This document shows positions 51,041 to 61,989 of a stretch of DNA of 64,000 nt, one piece after another; the first letter of the stretch is position 1; every line of letters starts with the position of its first letter. Where the stretch lies: NCBI GenBank assembly GCA_036918135.1, contig JBALDB010000001.1:137070-201069 (forward strand), read 5' to 3'. The stretch comes from Nostoc sp. (GTDB lineage: Bacteria > Cyanobacteriota > Cyanobacteriia > Cyanobacteriales > Nostocaceae). The position numbers and the translations under genes were made by a program. The notes under the pieces are model-generated. The model ran no database searches and was not told the DNA's origin. It worked only from the letters and a program-made list of their open reading frames with translations.

Positions 51041-52321
51041 GTGTTTAACCGCAGTCGCCGTAACTTAGCTCGTTGGTTTACCCTTTCAATGGGGTGCATT
51101 CTCATTCTATTTGCGGGAGTCATTTATAATCTTGAAGTAAAAGACAAGCTCAAAGCATTAGATCAACTGCTTTATAAAAGAGCAGAGCTAATGGCAGCCA
51201 GTTCGCAGTATCGGCTGTATCAAGGACAAAAACAAGTCGATTTGAGCAATATACCGCTATTGGGTAGTGGTTCTCACCCCGCTGATATTGAACTGATCTA
51301 CGTTCGCTGGTATGAACCCAATGGCAACCTCAAACGGTTTTTTGGTACTCCACCTCCAGAACAGTTAAAAACAGTATCTGGGTTTCTCACTATTAAATCT
51401 GTTGACCAATTAACAGGTAAGGCGGTTCGGCTTCGTCAAGTCACGCTACCTGTTCAAGGAGGAAATTCGGTCATCGGCTATCTTCAAGTTGCGATTCCGC
51501 TGACAGAGACTCAAAACGATCTCAGACAATTTCAGTTAATATTGACGCTGGCTGTGCCTGTAGCACTGGGGTTTATTGGACTTACAGGTTGGGTGCTTGG
51601 TGGCATAGCTATGCAGCCCGTTCAGTCAGCCTATAATCAGTTGCAACGCTTTACTTCAGATGCTTCTCATGAATTGCGATCGCCCCTTTCGGCGATATTG
51701 ACCAATGCCCAAGTTGGGTTACTAATAGCAGCAGACGATCCCCAAATCCATCCCTCAATGCAGAACATCATTGATAGCGCCAAGTCGATGAGTACCTTGG
51801 TTAATAACCTACTGCTGTTGGCTCGCCATCAGGGACAATTAACTCCACAATCGCTCAAAAAAGTAAATCTTAATAGCTTGCTGGAGGATTTAGCCGTTCA
51901 CTATACTACTGTTGCTGCAAAAGCATCGATCCAGTTGATCGGTCATTTACCAGAACCACCTTTTTATTTATGGGCTGACCCCGATTTGCTGCTGCAAGCT
52001 GTTGAAAATTTGCTCGATAACGCTTGCAAATACACTCCGTCAGGTGGAACTGTTTGGTTACGCTTAGAACCTCACTCAGATCGGGCAGTGATTCAGGTCA
52101 TCGATACCGGGATTGGAATTCCAGAGGCAGATTTACCTTACGTTTTCGATCGCTTTTACCGAGTTGAGACAGAACGAGCAAGAGAAAGCGGTGGATTTGG
52201 TTTAGGATTAGCGATCGCTCAACAAATTGTCCAGGCTCACGGTGGTCATATTCAGGTGATGAGCCATGAAGGTAAAGGCTCGACGTTCCAAATAAAATTA
52301 CCGCCGTTCAGACATTCTTAA
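51041..52321 (+). CDS. Sensor histidine kinase (RppB-like)
   Basis: [13 protein letters not shown] start, two TMs, [21 protein letters not shown]. Confidence 0.9.
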   Translation: MFNRSRRNLARWFTLSMGCILILFAGVIYNLEVKDKLKALDQLLYKRAELMAASSQYRLYQGQKQVDLSNIPLLGSGSHPADIELIYVRWYEPNGNLKRFFGTPPPEQLKTVSGFLTIKSVDQLTGKAVRLRQVTLPVQGGNSVIGYLQVAIPLTETQNDLRQFQLILTLAVPVALGFIGLTGWVLGGIAMQPVQSAYNQLQRFTSDASHELRSPLSAILTNAQVGLLIAADDPQIHPSMQNIIDSAKSMSTLVNNLLLLARHQGQLTPQSLKKVNLNSLLEDLAVHYTTVAAKASIQLIGHLPEPPFYLWADPDLLLQAVENLLDNACKYTPSGGTVWLRLEPHSDRAVIQVIDTGIGIPEADLPYVFDRFYRVETERARESGGFGLGLAIAQQIVQAHGGHIQVMSHEGKGSTFQIKLPPFRHS

Positions 52322-52604
52322 ATCAGCTTTCAGAGATTGACCTTTCATAATGAAAATCTAAAGCAAAGCTAGCCAATATAAAAGTTACTGTTAGTGAATT
52401 CAACTAGAGCATCTCAAAAAGGGGTTGTGAGGACTGCAACGCCGAATATCACTCAAGCGTACTGCTATATAACTGTTTAGATTGTACTTTTTGAATTTTT
52501 ACTTAGTGAGTAGTAATGATTTGACAAAGTTTCAGTAATGTTACTGTTGCCAGAGAAGATTCATCGTAGAATTAAAGACACTTTAGAACAGATATTCTCC
52601 AAAA

Positions 52605-53705
52605 ATGAATCGCTTTTCTCCAAAAATTACGAATTCTTACGATAGCACTTCACAACATATAGAGCTAAGCCAAGGGTCTGGTTGCAAGCAACTACTCCGC
52701 GATCGCTATAAAATACTCCAAGTTTTGGGTAGAGGTGGTTTTGGGATTACATTTTTAGCTAAAAATACGCTATTACCAGGGAATACCCTGTGTGTCATTA
52801 AACAGCTATTACCAAAAGTGACTAGTCACCAAAGTTGGCAAAAGGCATGTATGCGCTTTGAAAAAGAAGCAAAAACCTTGGCTCTACTTGGTAGTCATCC
52901 TCAAATTCCCATGTTACTAGACTACTTTCAAGTGAATAAGGAGTTTTACTTAGTTCAAGAATACGTAAAAGGTTCGACTTTGGCACGCGAAGTACGACAA
53001 ACTGGAACTAAAAGTGAAGCCTCAGTTAAACAGTTTTTACAGGAATTCTTGCCAGTATTACGGTATCTTCATCAACATCATGTAATTCATCGAGATATTA
53101 AGCCCCAAAATTTATTGCGGTGCGAAGATGACAAACGGGTAGTACTAATTGATTTCGGTGCAGTGAAAGAACAATTAATTGATACTAGTGAAAACTCAAT
53201 TAATTTATCTAGAAATACCAGTTTTGTTGGAACTATGGGATTTGCACCACCAGAACAGTTTTCTTTACGTCCAGTTTATGCAAGTGATATTTATGCACTC
53301 GGTGTAACTTGTATTTATATGTTGACTGGCAAAAGTCCTTTAGAATTTGACCAAGACCCAAGTAGTGGCGAGATTTGTTGGCAAAAAGAGGTAAATATCA
53401 GCGATAATTTTGCCCAGATTTTAGAAAAAATGGTGAAATTTTCTTTACACGAGCGTTTTCAAACTGCGGATGAAGTAATGAAAGCTTTGGGTAAGGAAAA
53501 TTATTTGCCTAGCTTGGCAAACTGCCTAACTAATCAAAAATTGCAAAAGAAAAGTATTAAACATTACGAAATTCCAGAACCTGAAATTACATATCACCAA
53601 GTTAACCATCCGCAAATTACACAACAAGAAAATTCTGATGTGTATTTGCCACCTGTGGTCAGAACTGCTACTGCAATTCGTAAATTGAGAGCAAGACTAA
53701 AATAG
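52605..53705 (+). CDS. Ser/Thr protein kinase
   Basis: GRGGFG, HRDIKPQN, DFG, APPEQ. Confidence 0.92.
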   Translation: MNRFSPKITNSYDSTSQHIELSQGSGCKQLLRDRYKILQVLGRGGFGITFLAKNTLLPGNTLCVIKQLLPKVTSHQSWQKACMRFEKEAKTLALLGSHPQIPMLLDYFQVNKEFYLVQEYVKGSTLAREVRQTGTKSEASVKQFLQEFLPVLRYLHQHHVIHRDIKPQNLLRCEDDKRVVLIDFGAVKEQLIDTSENSINLSRNTSFVGTMGFAPPEQFSLRPVYASDIYALGVTCIYMLTGKSPLEFDQDPSSGEICWQKEVNISDNFAQILEKMVKFSLHERFQTADEVMKALGKENYLPSLANCLTNQKLQKKSIKHYEIPEPEITYHQVNHPQITQQENSDVYLPPVVRTATAIRKLRARLK

Positions 53706-54469
53706 ATAAGGCAACTTCAAGAAATAAATTATCTCGCTAGAAGTTGTTGATGACTGATGACTGATGAGTGTGAATAGGGGACACAATTGAGTCAAGCAAG
53801 TATCAAATGAATAATTAATTATGGAAAAGAGGAAATATCAAAAACAAATTTAGTAAGAATTTTGACTATGTTTGAGAGTCAGTAATGATTAATTAATCTG
53901 GATTATTGTTTAATACTTAGTCATTGATTGATTGTAAATATACAAGAAAAACTACTAAAGCAAATACTTCTAAAAAAATTATTATTCAGATTATTATATA
54001 ATCGAAAGAATAATTAATTCTATGGCTCTCGTAGTTTTCCACGAATGAGGAAGACTGACTAAGCTAAAGCGCAGAAAAATAGCATATCTTTTCGTGAAGA
54101 TTGTCATTGAGCATGGGTCATGGGGTAGTGGGCATTGGTTATTCACAAATAACAAATGACAAAGCGCCAAGTATGAGCGGAGGTTTTTTCAGAGCAGACG
54201 CTACTTGCTACCCTTCTCCTAACAAAGACGCATTCGCGTTCGGGAAGGTCTGCCTCTGCTTTGTCAAAAAGGACAAATGACAAGTTCATGAGTAAATATA
54301 CTATTTAAATGCGTCACAGCTTACTATTTACAAACGCTACCTATATTAAGTAATTCCCGAATCCCCAAAGCAGGGTTTTTCTACCACAAGTAAGCGAGAG
54401 TCAATTCTTTTAAGGGTAAATACGGGGCAAACTTAGCTTAAGTTGTCATGCAGTCGCGCCTGTCAGATC

Positions 54470-56506
54470 ATGATCTGCTGCTTAAATCCCGATTGCCCGA
54501 ATCCCCTGAATCCGAATGGAAAGAAGTTTTGCCAAAGTTGTGGCATCCCACTGGTGTCACTTTTGAGAAATCGCTTTCGTGTTATCCGAGTCCTTTCAGA
54601 TGAAGGGGGATTTGGCAGAACTTATCTATCAGAAGATATAGATAAACTCAATGAACGCTGTGTCATCAAGCAATTAGCTCCAAAATTCCAAGGAACTTGG
54701 TCGCAAAAAAAGGCGATGGAGTTGTTTGCTCAAGAAGCGCAGCGACTACAAGAACTCGGAGAACATCCCCAAATTCCGACTTTGTTGGCTTATTTTGAGC
54801 AAGACGGCTGTTTGTATTTAGTGCAGCAGTTTATTAATGGAGAGAATTTATTAAAGGAGTTGCAACAGCGCAAAAAGACCTATAGCGCTTGGGAAATTCA
54901 AGCTATTTTGCTGGATTTACTGCCTGTAGTCAAGTTTATCCACGATCGTAATGTGATTCATCGAGATATCAAGCCAGAAAATATTATCCGGCATAAAAGT
55001 GATGGGCGATTAAGCTTGATTGATTTTGGTTCTTCAAAGCAATTCACGGCTAGAGTTCAAAATAAATCTGGTACATCTATTGGTTCGCATGGTTATTCTC
55101 CTCTAGAACAAATTAGAGATGGTAAAGCTTTAAAAGCGAGTGACTTATTTGGTTTAGGGGCTACCTGCTTTCATCTACTAACAGGAACTTCCCCGTTTCA
55201 ATTGTGGATGGAATCTGGGTATGCTTGGGTGAGTAATTGGCGGGAATATTTACGCAGTCCATTAAATGCTGAATTGGATTTGGTAATAGACAAACTTTTA
55301 AAAAAAGACATCCAACAACGGTATCAGTCAGCCGATGAAGTCCTTAGAGACTTGGTGCAAAAACAACCACTCGCACTGCCACCAGCTGGGAAGTCAACTG
55401 CTACAATTCCAGTAACTAAAGCTTCAGATTTACCAAAAAGTTATGGCTTAGTAAGAATTTTTATCTTACTAAGCGCTTTGATTATGTTGTTTGGATTTAG
55501 CGAATCTTGGTATAAAAATTTTCGCCGGATTCAAACTAATTTGTCTTCTAGGCTGATTGGACATAGTCCGAGTAAAAATAACCCGCTTGTTGGTGAAGCG
55601 CCAAAAATTACCTTGGGCAAGGTTTTCTTAGCTAATAGCCTCCAAGGACACCAAAACTCAGTTTTATCCGTCGCCATCAGTCCTGATGGTAAAACTATCG
55701 CCAGTAGTGGCGACGATCGCAAAATTAAACTTTGGAATCTAGCAACTGGAAAACAAATTTCTTCACTCAACACCTATTCAGGGCAGGTGAATATCGTGGT
55801 TATTAGCCCAGATGGCAAAACTCTGGTGAGTGGTAGTGATGACAGCACCATCAAAGTTTGGAATCTGGCAACAGGACGGCAAATTCGCACTCTGACTGGT
55901 CATTCTGACTCAGTTCATGCCTTAGCGATCGCTGCTGATAGCCAGACCCTAATTAGTGGTAGTGATGACAACACCATCAAAATCTGGGATTTAGTAACTG
56001 GAGAGCAAATTAAAACACTAGTAGGGCATACATTCTGGGTGCGGTCAGTGGCCATCAGCCCTGATAGCGTGATTCTGATTAGTGGCAGTTTTGACAAAAC
56101 CATCAAAATTTGGAATCTGACAAAAGGATACTCAATCCGCACCTTAGAAGGAAATTCTCAAACAGTAACAAATGTGGCTATTAGCCCGGATGGTAAAACT
56201 TTAGCTGGTGCTAGCCGCGATCGCACTATTAAACTCTGGAATATCGCCACCGGAAAAGAAATTCGCACGCTAGTGGGACATACCAATACAGTCACAACCG
56301 TAGCCTTTAGTGCCGATGGTCAAATTCTTGCTAGTGGTAGTCGCGATCGCACCATTAAACTTTGGAATATCGCCACAGGAGAAGAGATTCTCTCATTGGT
56401 AGCGCACACCAATACCGTAACATCCGTCGCCTTCAGTCCTGATAGCAAGACTCTTGTCAGCGGTAGTGACGATAATACTATTAAAATTTGGCGGTTGTCT
56501 GAATGA
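54470..56506 (+). CDS. Ser/Thr protein kinase with WD40 repeats
   Basis: CLNPDC...CQSC prefix, HRDIKPEN, TM, seven SGSxDxTIKxW-type repeats. Confidence 0.93.
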   Translation: MICCLNPDCPNPLNPNGKKFCQSCGIPLVSLLRNRFRVIRVLSDEGGFGRTYLSEDIDKLNERCVIKQLAPKFQGTWSQKKAMELFAQEAQRLQELGEHPQIPTLLAYFEQDGCLYLVQQFINGENLLKELQQRKKTYSAWEIQAILLDLLPVVKFIHDRNVIHRDIKPENIIRHKSDGRLSLIDFGSSKQFTARVQNKSGTSIGSHGYSPLEQIRDGKALKASDLFGLGATCFHLLTGTSPFQLWMESGYAWVSNWREYLRSPLNAELDLVIDKLLKKDIQQRYQSADEVLRDLVQKQPLALPPAGKSTATIPVTKASDLPKSYGLVRIFILLSALIMLFGFSESWYKNFRRIQTNLSSRLIGHSPSKNNPLVGEAPKITLGKVFLANSLQGHQNSVLSVAISPDGKTIASSGDDRKIKLWNLATGKQISSLNTYSGQVNIVVISPDGKTLVSGSDDSTIKVWNLATGRQIRTLTGHSDSVHALAIAADSQTLISGSDDNTIKIWDLVTGEQIKTLVGHTFWVRSVAISPDSVILISGSFDKTIKIWNLTKGYSIRTLEGNSQTVTNVAISPDGKTLAGASRDRTIKLWNIATGKEIRTLVGHTNTVTTVAFSADGQILASGSRDRTIKLWNIATGEEILSLVAHTNTVTSVAFSPDSKTLVSGSDDNTIKIWRLSE

Positions 56507-56595
56507 GGGGCGCAGGGGAAGCAGAGGAGCAGGGTAGAGGGGAAAGTACTGCAATTTGTCCTCTGCCTCCCTGCTTCTTGGCAATGCTTAAAATA

Positions 56596-57450
56596 TTAGC
56601 TATTAACTCTTAAACTGGGCAATGGATGCGATTGAGGCTGCTTGAAATCGGCAAATTCACAAATAGAATTAAATGGGCAAAAGCGGCAGTGAGAGCCAGG
56701 ATTGGGAGGAAAAATTTTACTAAAATTACTGGTTTCTTCTTGATATTGTTGTAAATCGTACTGATGTTTATGGGCAATGCTTGCTAATTCAAATTTTAAA
56801 GATTCTAATTCACTATTGTTAATGCTAATTAACTCCGATTTTTTACAAATTTCTAAATTATAAAATGAAGCAACAGCTTGCCGTCCGGGGTAAAGATAAC
56901 GAGCAGCGAGTAAATAAACCAAAGCCTGTCGTTGGTCAAAAGCCGATTTACCAGTTTTGAAATCTAAAATATGTAAAGTGCGATCGCTTTCAATGAAAAC
57001 GCAATCCATAGCTGCATATAAGCGAAAGCAATAATCATTTTGTTCAATCACAATCGGTTTGGGAAAACCTTCGTCACCAGGAGTTAATTGGATAATATTT
57101 TTATTCAAAAGCAACGGAGCATCATGATATTTTTTTAAAATTTGTAGCACCCGTTGCCGGACTTGCTCGCTTGAGTTGTTTAATTGTAGTAGCTGGGCAA
57201 CTTTTTCTACACCATCTGATTGCTGTAAAAGATGTCTGTGATTATGAAACTCATAAACGCCTTTTTGGGCAAGTATCCCAATCCGCTGCGGTGCGGTGGC
57301 TTTCGCTAATAGTGCTTTGACTTGTGGTTCGTGTTGCCGCGCTTTGATAAACCCCCGTCTCATCTGGCAATGCCAGCGTTCTTGCCCTGACGCTGGGGCA
57401 ACTAAAGACCAAAGGTGATAACTGGCAAAAGGTCGATCGGGGGTTGACAT
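56596..57450 (-). CDS. PD-(D/E)XK nuclease (RecB/Cas4-like)
   Basis: MDCV...ILDFKTG, QALVY, C-terminal CRFCPFNSIC plus N-terminal Cys. Confidence 0.8.
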   Translation of the reverse strand: MSTPDRPFASYHLWSLVAPASGQERWHCQMRRGFIKARQHEPQVKALLAKATAPQRIGILAQKGVYEFHNHRHLLQQSDGVEKVAQLLQLNNSSEQVRQRVLQILKKYHDAPLLLNKNIIQLTPGDEGFPKPIVIEQNDYCFRLYAAMDCVFIESDRTLHILDFKTGKSAFDQRQALVYLLAARYLYPGRQAVASFYNLEICKKSELISINNSELESLKFELASIAHKHQYDLQQYQEETSNFSKIFPPNPGSHCRFCPFNSICEFADFKQPQSHPLPSLRVNS

Positions 57451-57598
57451 TGCTCAGAAACAGTGAGAAAAAGTACGGTGGGAAGAACTATCTTCGACAG
57501 TATCCGCTTGAAGATAACTTCCGAGGATACTTGCTGCTACACACGCTTTGCGGGAAGCTTTTAATAGTACTGATGATGTACCGGAGCAAGTGGCAAAA

Positions 57599-59038
57599 AT
57601 GAGCGCTAGTAGCAATTCCAGCAAGATAAAATTTGGTACTGATGGATGGCGAGGCATTATTGCCGATGACTTTACTTTCCCCAATGTGCGGAAAGTAACA
57701 AGAGCGATCGCCAGCTACCTCGAAACAGCCTATACAAAAGACAGACCAGTACTTATTGCCTACGATACTCGGTTTTTAGCTGACCAGTTTGCCCGAACAG
57801 CAGCCCAAGTTCTGGCAGATTTGGGTTGGACTGTCAAAATTACCGACCGGGATTGTCCCACACCAGTAATTGCCTACAACGCCCGTCACTTAAATTCTGC
57901 TGGGGCGTTGATGTTTACTGCTAGCCATAATCCAGCACCATACTGTGGAATTAAATATATCCCCGATTATGCTGGACCTGCCACTCCAGAGATTACTGAT
58001 ACTATTGTGGCAAATATAGAAACTGCATCAGATGAACTGCCTAGTAACAATCCATCTGGTTCAATTTCTACTTTCGATCCCAAGCCAGATTACCTGCAAT
58101 TTATCTATACCCTGCTTGACGTAAAACGAATTAAGAGCGCTAATTTAAAAGTAAAGTACGATGCTCTCTATTCTACTTCTCGCGGTTATTTAGATGAAGT
58201 TTTGCAACATAGTGGCACTCAGTTAGAAAGTTTCCACACTTGGAGGGATGTATTATTTGGCGGTGGGATGCCAGAACCCAAAGGAGAACAATTAGTTGGG
58301 TTAGTAGAAGCAGTAGTGGACGATCGCGCAGATTTGGGTTTGGCGACAGATGGAGATAGCGATCGCTTTGGTATTGTTGATGAACAAGGAACTGTCCTCA
58401 CTCCTAACACTGTGCTGTTAGTTTTAGCACGACATTTAATCAAAAATAAAGGTAAAAGCGGCGCCATCGTCCGCACTGTCGCTACAACCCATCTGCTAGA
58501 CAATTTTGCCGCTAAATATGGGCTGCAAATTTATGAAACACCGGTAGGCTTTAAATATATCGGTGAAAAAATGCGGGAAACCACCGTACTGATTGGTGGG
58601 GAAGAATCAGGCGGATTAAGTGTAATTGGACATATTCCTGAAAAAGATGGTGTTTTAGCCGATATGCTAGTGGCAGAAGCGATTGCTTATGAAGGCAAAC
58701 CTCTAAGTCAGCTAGTGGCAGAAGCGATCGCCGAAGCCGATGGCCCGCTTTACAATACCCGCCTTGACTTGCACCTCACCGAGTCTCACAAAACCGCTGT
58801 CATCGACTCCTTCACCAAAAATCCACCCACAGAGGTAGCAGGAATTAAAGTCAAGGAAGTCGGGCGTAAAGACGGTATTAAACTCTATTTAGAAGAAGGT
58901 AGCTGGGTATTACTACGTCCTTCCGGTACAGAACCCTTGGTGCGCGTTTACCTAGAAACCAACTCTCCCGAAAAATTGACCCAAATCTCTCAAGAGTTAG
59001 AGAATGCCATTGCTAAGCTAGAGGCAGTAGCTGTTTAA
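57599..59038 (+). CDS. Phosphoglucomutase/phosphomannomutase
   Basis: FGTDGWRG, TASHNP, DGDSDR, GEESG, RPSGTEP. Confidence 0.93.
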   Translation: MSASSNSSKIKFGTDGWRGIIADDFTFPNVRKVTRAIASYLETAYTKDRPVLIAYDTRFLADQFARTAAQVLADLGWTVKITDRDCPTPVIAYNARHLNSAGALMFTASHNPAPYCGIKYIPDYAGPATPEITDTIVANIETASDELPSNNPSGSISTFDPKPDYLQFIYTLLDVKRIKSANLKVKYDALYSTSRGYLDEVLQHSGTQLESFHTWRDVLFGGGMPEPKGEQLVGLVEAVVDDRADLGLATDGDSDRFGIVDEQGTVLTPNTVLLVLARHLIKNKGKSGAIVRTVATTHLLDNFAAKYGLQIYETPVGFKYIGEKMRETTVLIGGEESGGLSVIGHIPEKDGVLADMLVAEAIAYEGKPLSQLVAEAIAEADGPLYNTRLDLHLTESHKTAVIDSFTKNPPTEVAGIKVKEVGRKDGIKLYLEEGSWVLLRPSGTEPLVRVYLETNSPEKLTQISQELENAIAKLEAVAV

Positions 59039-59184
59039 TTCAGTCAGAGTTAGGAATCAAAGTTAAGAATTATCTGTTTGTAGTTAAGAATTGCTAATTT
59101 ACAATTCTTAACTCTTAATTTATAACTTCAATTTATATCTCAATTCCTAATTCCTAACTTTTTACTCCTGACTTAGATCGAAAT

Positions 59185-59460
59185 ATGAGAACTTTAGCTC
59201 CTTTGTTGACAACTGTAGTTATAGCTATTTGGGTAATGGCGATCGCGATTATTTCAGTTCAAAATGCCACACCAGTATCGTTAAATTTCTTAACATTTAA
59301 ATCAATACAAATACCAGTGGGTTTAGTTTTAGCTTTTTGTGCGGTCATTGGGTTAATTAGTGTGGCATTGTTGCAACCCCTCTGGGATCTTGCTGGTTCT
59401 GGACAGGGTAATTCTCGATTAGAAGATGATGCGGAATTTTTTGTTGATGATGATTTTTAA
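59185..59460 (+). CDS. LapA/DUF1049-like small membrane protein
   Basis: Two TMs around SVQNATPVSLNFL. Confidence 0.75.
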   Translation: MRTLAPLLTTVVIAIWVMAIAIISVQNATPVSLNFLTFKSIQIPVGLVLAFCAVIGLISVALLQPLWDLAGSGQGNSRLEDDAEFFVDDDF

Positions 59461-59741
59461 GCTTTGAAAAAACATACAAAAATACATGCTTATATCCTTA
59501 GACCAATTAAGTACTCTTAACCTATTAGTATGCACATCGCCATCGTTGGCTCGTAAGCCGTAGCCGTTCGTCAATTTAAGCACAGACAAAATAACAAGCT
59601 TAGTTTCTTAATTGCATTTTGGCAGTTTTTAACCTTGATTTTTTCTGGCTTTGTGAGAAATCTGGGTTCAATCCATGAACCTATCCCACTAATACCAGAT
59701 TGTGGTAATCTACTTTTGACTTGAGTTAGGTGTATCGGTTG

Positions 59742-60113
59742 ATGGCTGGACGTTTTGAGGGATTAAGTGACCAGTCATTACAGTTATTTGAGGATATATT
59801 TCCCCAAAAGCCATCCAAACGTGGTAAGGGAATGCCTCATACGCCGTATCGCCATGTATTAAATAGTCTGCTGTACATTTTGATTACTGGATGCCGATGG
59901 TGCGATCTGCCACATGGGGAAACATGGGCATCAAAAAGCTCGTCCCATCGGTGGTTAAAACGATGGCGCTCAGATGGAACATTTGAACACTTACAAGCAC
60001 GCATATTACCGATGCCTGCGGCGGGCTACGCCTACGCTGATAACAAGGGATTAATAAACTGGAACTTTGGCGCGGTTGACGGGTCTTTTTCCCGCAGGAT
60101 CGGGAGGAGGTGA
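59742..60113 (+). pseudogene. IS5-family transposase N-terminal fragment (DUF4096-like), truncated
   Basis: LYILITGCRWCDLP, HRWLKRWRSDG, AVDGSF; sequence breaks off just after the first catalytic Asp; no C-terminal DDE part. Confidence 0.8.
60014..60034 (+). mobile_element. 21-nt SDR5-like insertion in a HIP1-like site
   Basis: CCGAT[GCCTGCGGCGGGCTACGCCTA]CGC; in-frame, giving MPAAGYAY. Confidence 0.75.
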
Positions 60114-60266
60114 ACAGGCTGCTATATTAGCCCTAACGTGTAGTGCAACTAATATAGATCCTATTTTATTAACTAAGATTTTTGCCAAGCTTACTGCTAA
60201 TGGTCGTATTCATCCCGTTTCTACAGGCGTTGAACCCTCGTAAATTTGCAACGGTATTGTTTCTTT

Positions 60267-60280
60267 GTAGGAATTCATAC
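60267..60280. promoter_or_regulatory. Possible NtcA box upstream of argB
   Basis: GTA-GGAATTCA-TAC matches GTA-N8-TAC; spacing to TACACT (60315) is non-canonical. Confidence 0.3.
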
Positions 60281-60357
60281 TCCTTGCCTTATTGTTACAG
60301 GTTCCAAAGTCTTCTACACTGACTGAAATAGGTTTTAATTTTCAATGGCGGCTCCTC

Positions 60358-61254
60358 ATGACGGTTAATGATACTGAGTACATTAGGCAAGCTGAAGCCA
60401 CTCGCGTGCAAGTGCTAAGCGAAGCACTTCCTTACATTCAACAATTCACCGGTCGTACTGTTGTTGTTAAATACGGTGGCGCGGCGATGAAAGATAACAC
60501 ACTAAAAGATCAAGTTATCCGTGACATTGTATTCTTATCTTGCGTTGGCTTGCGGCCAATTCTAGTCCACGGTGGTGGCCCAGAAATTAACAGTTGGTTA
60601 GATAAATTGGGAATAGAACCGCAATTTAGAAATGGTCTGCGAGTTACCGATGCCCCCACAATGGATGTAGTGGAAATGGTTTTAGTCGGTCGAGTCAATA
60701 AAGAAATTGTGGCGCTGATTAACCAAGCTGGAGGGTTGGCTGTAGGACTTTGTGGCAAAGATGGTAATTTGATCACAGCTCGTCCCCAAGGTCAAGAAGG
60801 TATCGGTTTTGTGGGGGAAGTCAGCAATGTAGATATCAAAATTTTAGAAACCTTGGTTAGTAACGGCTATATTCCCGTAGTGTCAAGTGTCGCCGCAGAT
60901 GAAACAGGACAAGCCTACAACATTAACGCCGATACTATAGCTGGAGAAATCGCCGCAGCATTAGGAGCAGAAAAGTTAATTTTATTAACTGATACCAGAG
61001 GTATCTTAAAAGATTATAAAGACCCATCTACCTTAATTCCAAAAGTAGACATTCGGGAAGCTCGTGAGTTAATTGCTGCTGGTATAGTCAGTGGTGGTAT
61101 GATTCCTAAAGTCAATTGCTGCGTACGATCGCTTGCTCAAGGAGTACGTGCTGCACACATCATTGATGGTCGCATTCCCCACGCCCTATTATTAGAAATT
61201 TTTACTGATGTTGGGATCGGAACGATGATTCTTGGTTCGCAGTTTACTTCGTAG
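60358..61254 (+). CDS. argB: Acetylglutamate kinase
   Basis: [32 protein letters not shown]. Confidence 0.96.
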   Translation: MTVNDTEYIRQAEATRVQVLSEALPYIQQFTGRTVVVKYGGAAMKDNTLKDQVIRDIVFLSCVGLRPILVHGGGPEINSWLDKLGIEPQFRNGLRVTDAPTMDVVEMVLVGRVNKEIVALINQAGGLAVGLCGKDGNLITARPQGQEGIGFVGEVSNVDIKILETLVSNGYIPVVSSVAADETGQAYNINADTIAGEIAAALGAEKLILLTDTRGILKDYKDPSTLIPKVDIREARELIAAGIVSGGMIPKVNCCVRSLAQGVRAAHIIDGRIPHALLLEIFTDVGIGTMILGSQFTS

Positions 61255-61410
61255 GAGTAGTGAGTGATGAGTTAGGAGCCTCACTAAAGACTCCGAAAGC
61301 TATGGTGAGGGATTGCAATTTGTTCTCTTCCCACTTCCTCATCTCCCAGTTGGTGAGTTTCGACTACCGCGAAGTCGAACCACATCTTCCTCATCTGCCC
61401 ACTTCCCACT

Positions 61411-61815
61411 CTAGCGGGGATAGGTAATAATAACGCGCGATCGCCCGCCACTAAATGGTGTACGACGCCATGAATTGTTTATAATCACCGGATTAACTAG
61501 TGTTGAATCCCGAATTGTGGGATTAACGAAAGCTGGATTAATCAAAGTGGAATTTCTTACCCTGTGCCTGCCCCCAGGATAAGAATAATTGTAGTAATCA
61601 GTGCGTTGTGGCATTAATCCCGTTGCCGGATCTACAGGCATCGGTGTGGGAATCGGACTACCATAAATGAAGGAACCAACAGCAGGCGTTTGCCTAAATC
61701 CAGAACCACCATCAATTATGATGATTTCGGCAGATGCTGGAGCGATCGTAGCGCTCATCGCTGCTAAAGATATACCTGCTCCTAGACAATACAATTGTAA
61801 ATGCTTGATTTTCAT
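61411..61815 (-). CDS. Secreted hypothetical protein
   Basis: Signal peptide ending PASA; YGSPIP; repeated (N/D)STL(I/V)NP. Confidence 0.7.
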   Translation of the reverse strand: MKIKHLQLYCLGAGISLAAMSATIAPASAEIIIIDGGSGFRQTPAVGSFIYGSPIPTPMPVDPATGLMPQRTDYYNYSYPGGRHRVRNSTLINPAFVNPTIRDSTLVNPVIINNSWRRTPFSGGRSRVIITYPR

Positions 61816-61989
61816 TAGATTCTGATAACTTGATATTTGATACCCAAATTTTTAACGAGAAAATAGCTACAGCTACTTACATTAAAATTTTAAAAGTTTA
61901 TCTACTTTCAAGTTATCTACCTATGAAAAGATTTTAAAAAGATTGCTGGACTTGCCAAAATAAAAACAGTGGTAATTTGTGTGCAGAAC

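Noticed and set aside
59530..59668. Second IS remnant ending TTGTGAGAAATCTGGG
   Set aside because: Resembles an IS end, but no partner inverted repeat or recognisable transposase motif was found
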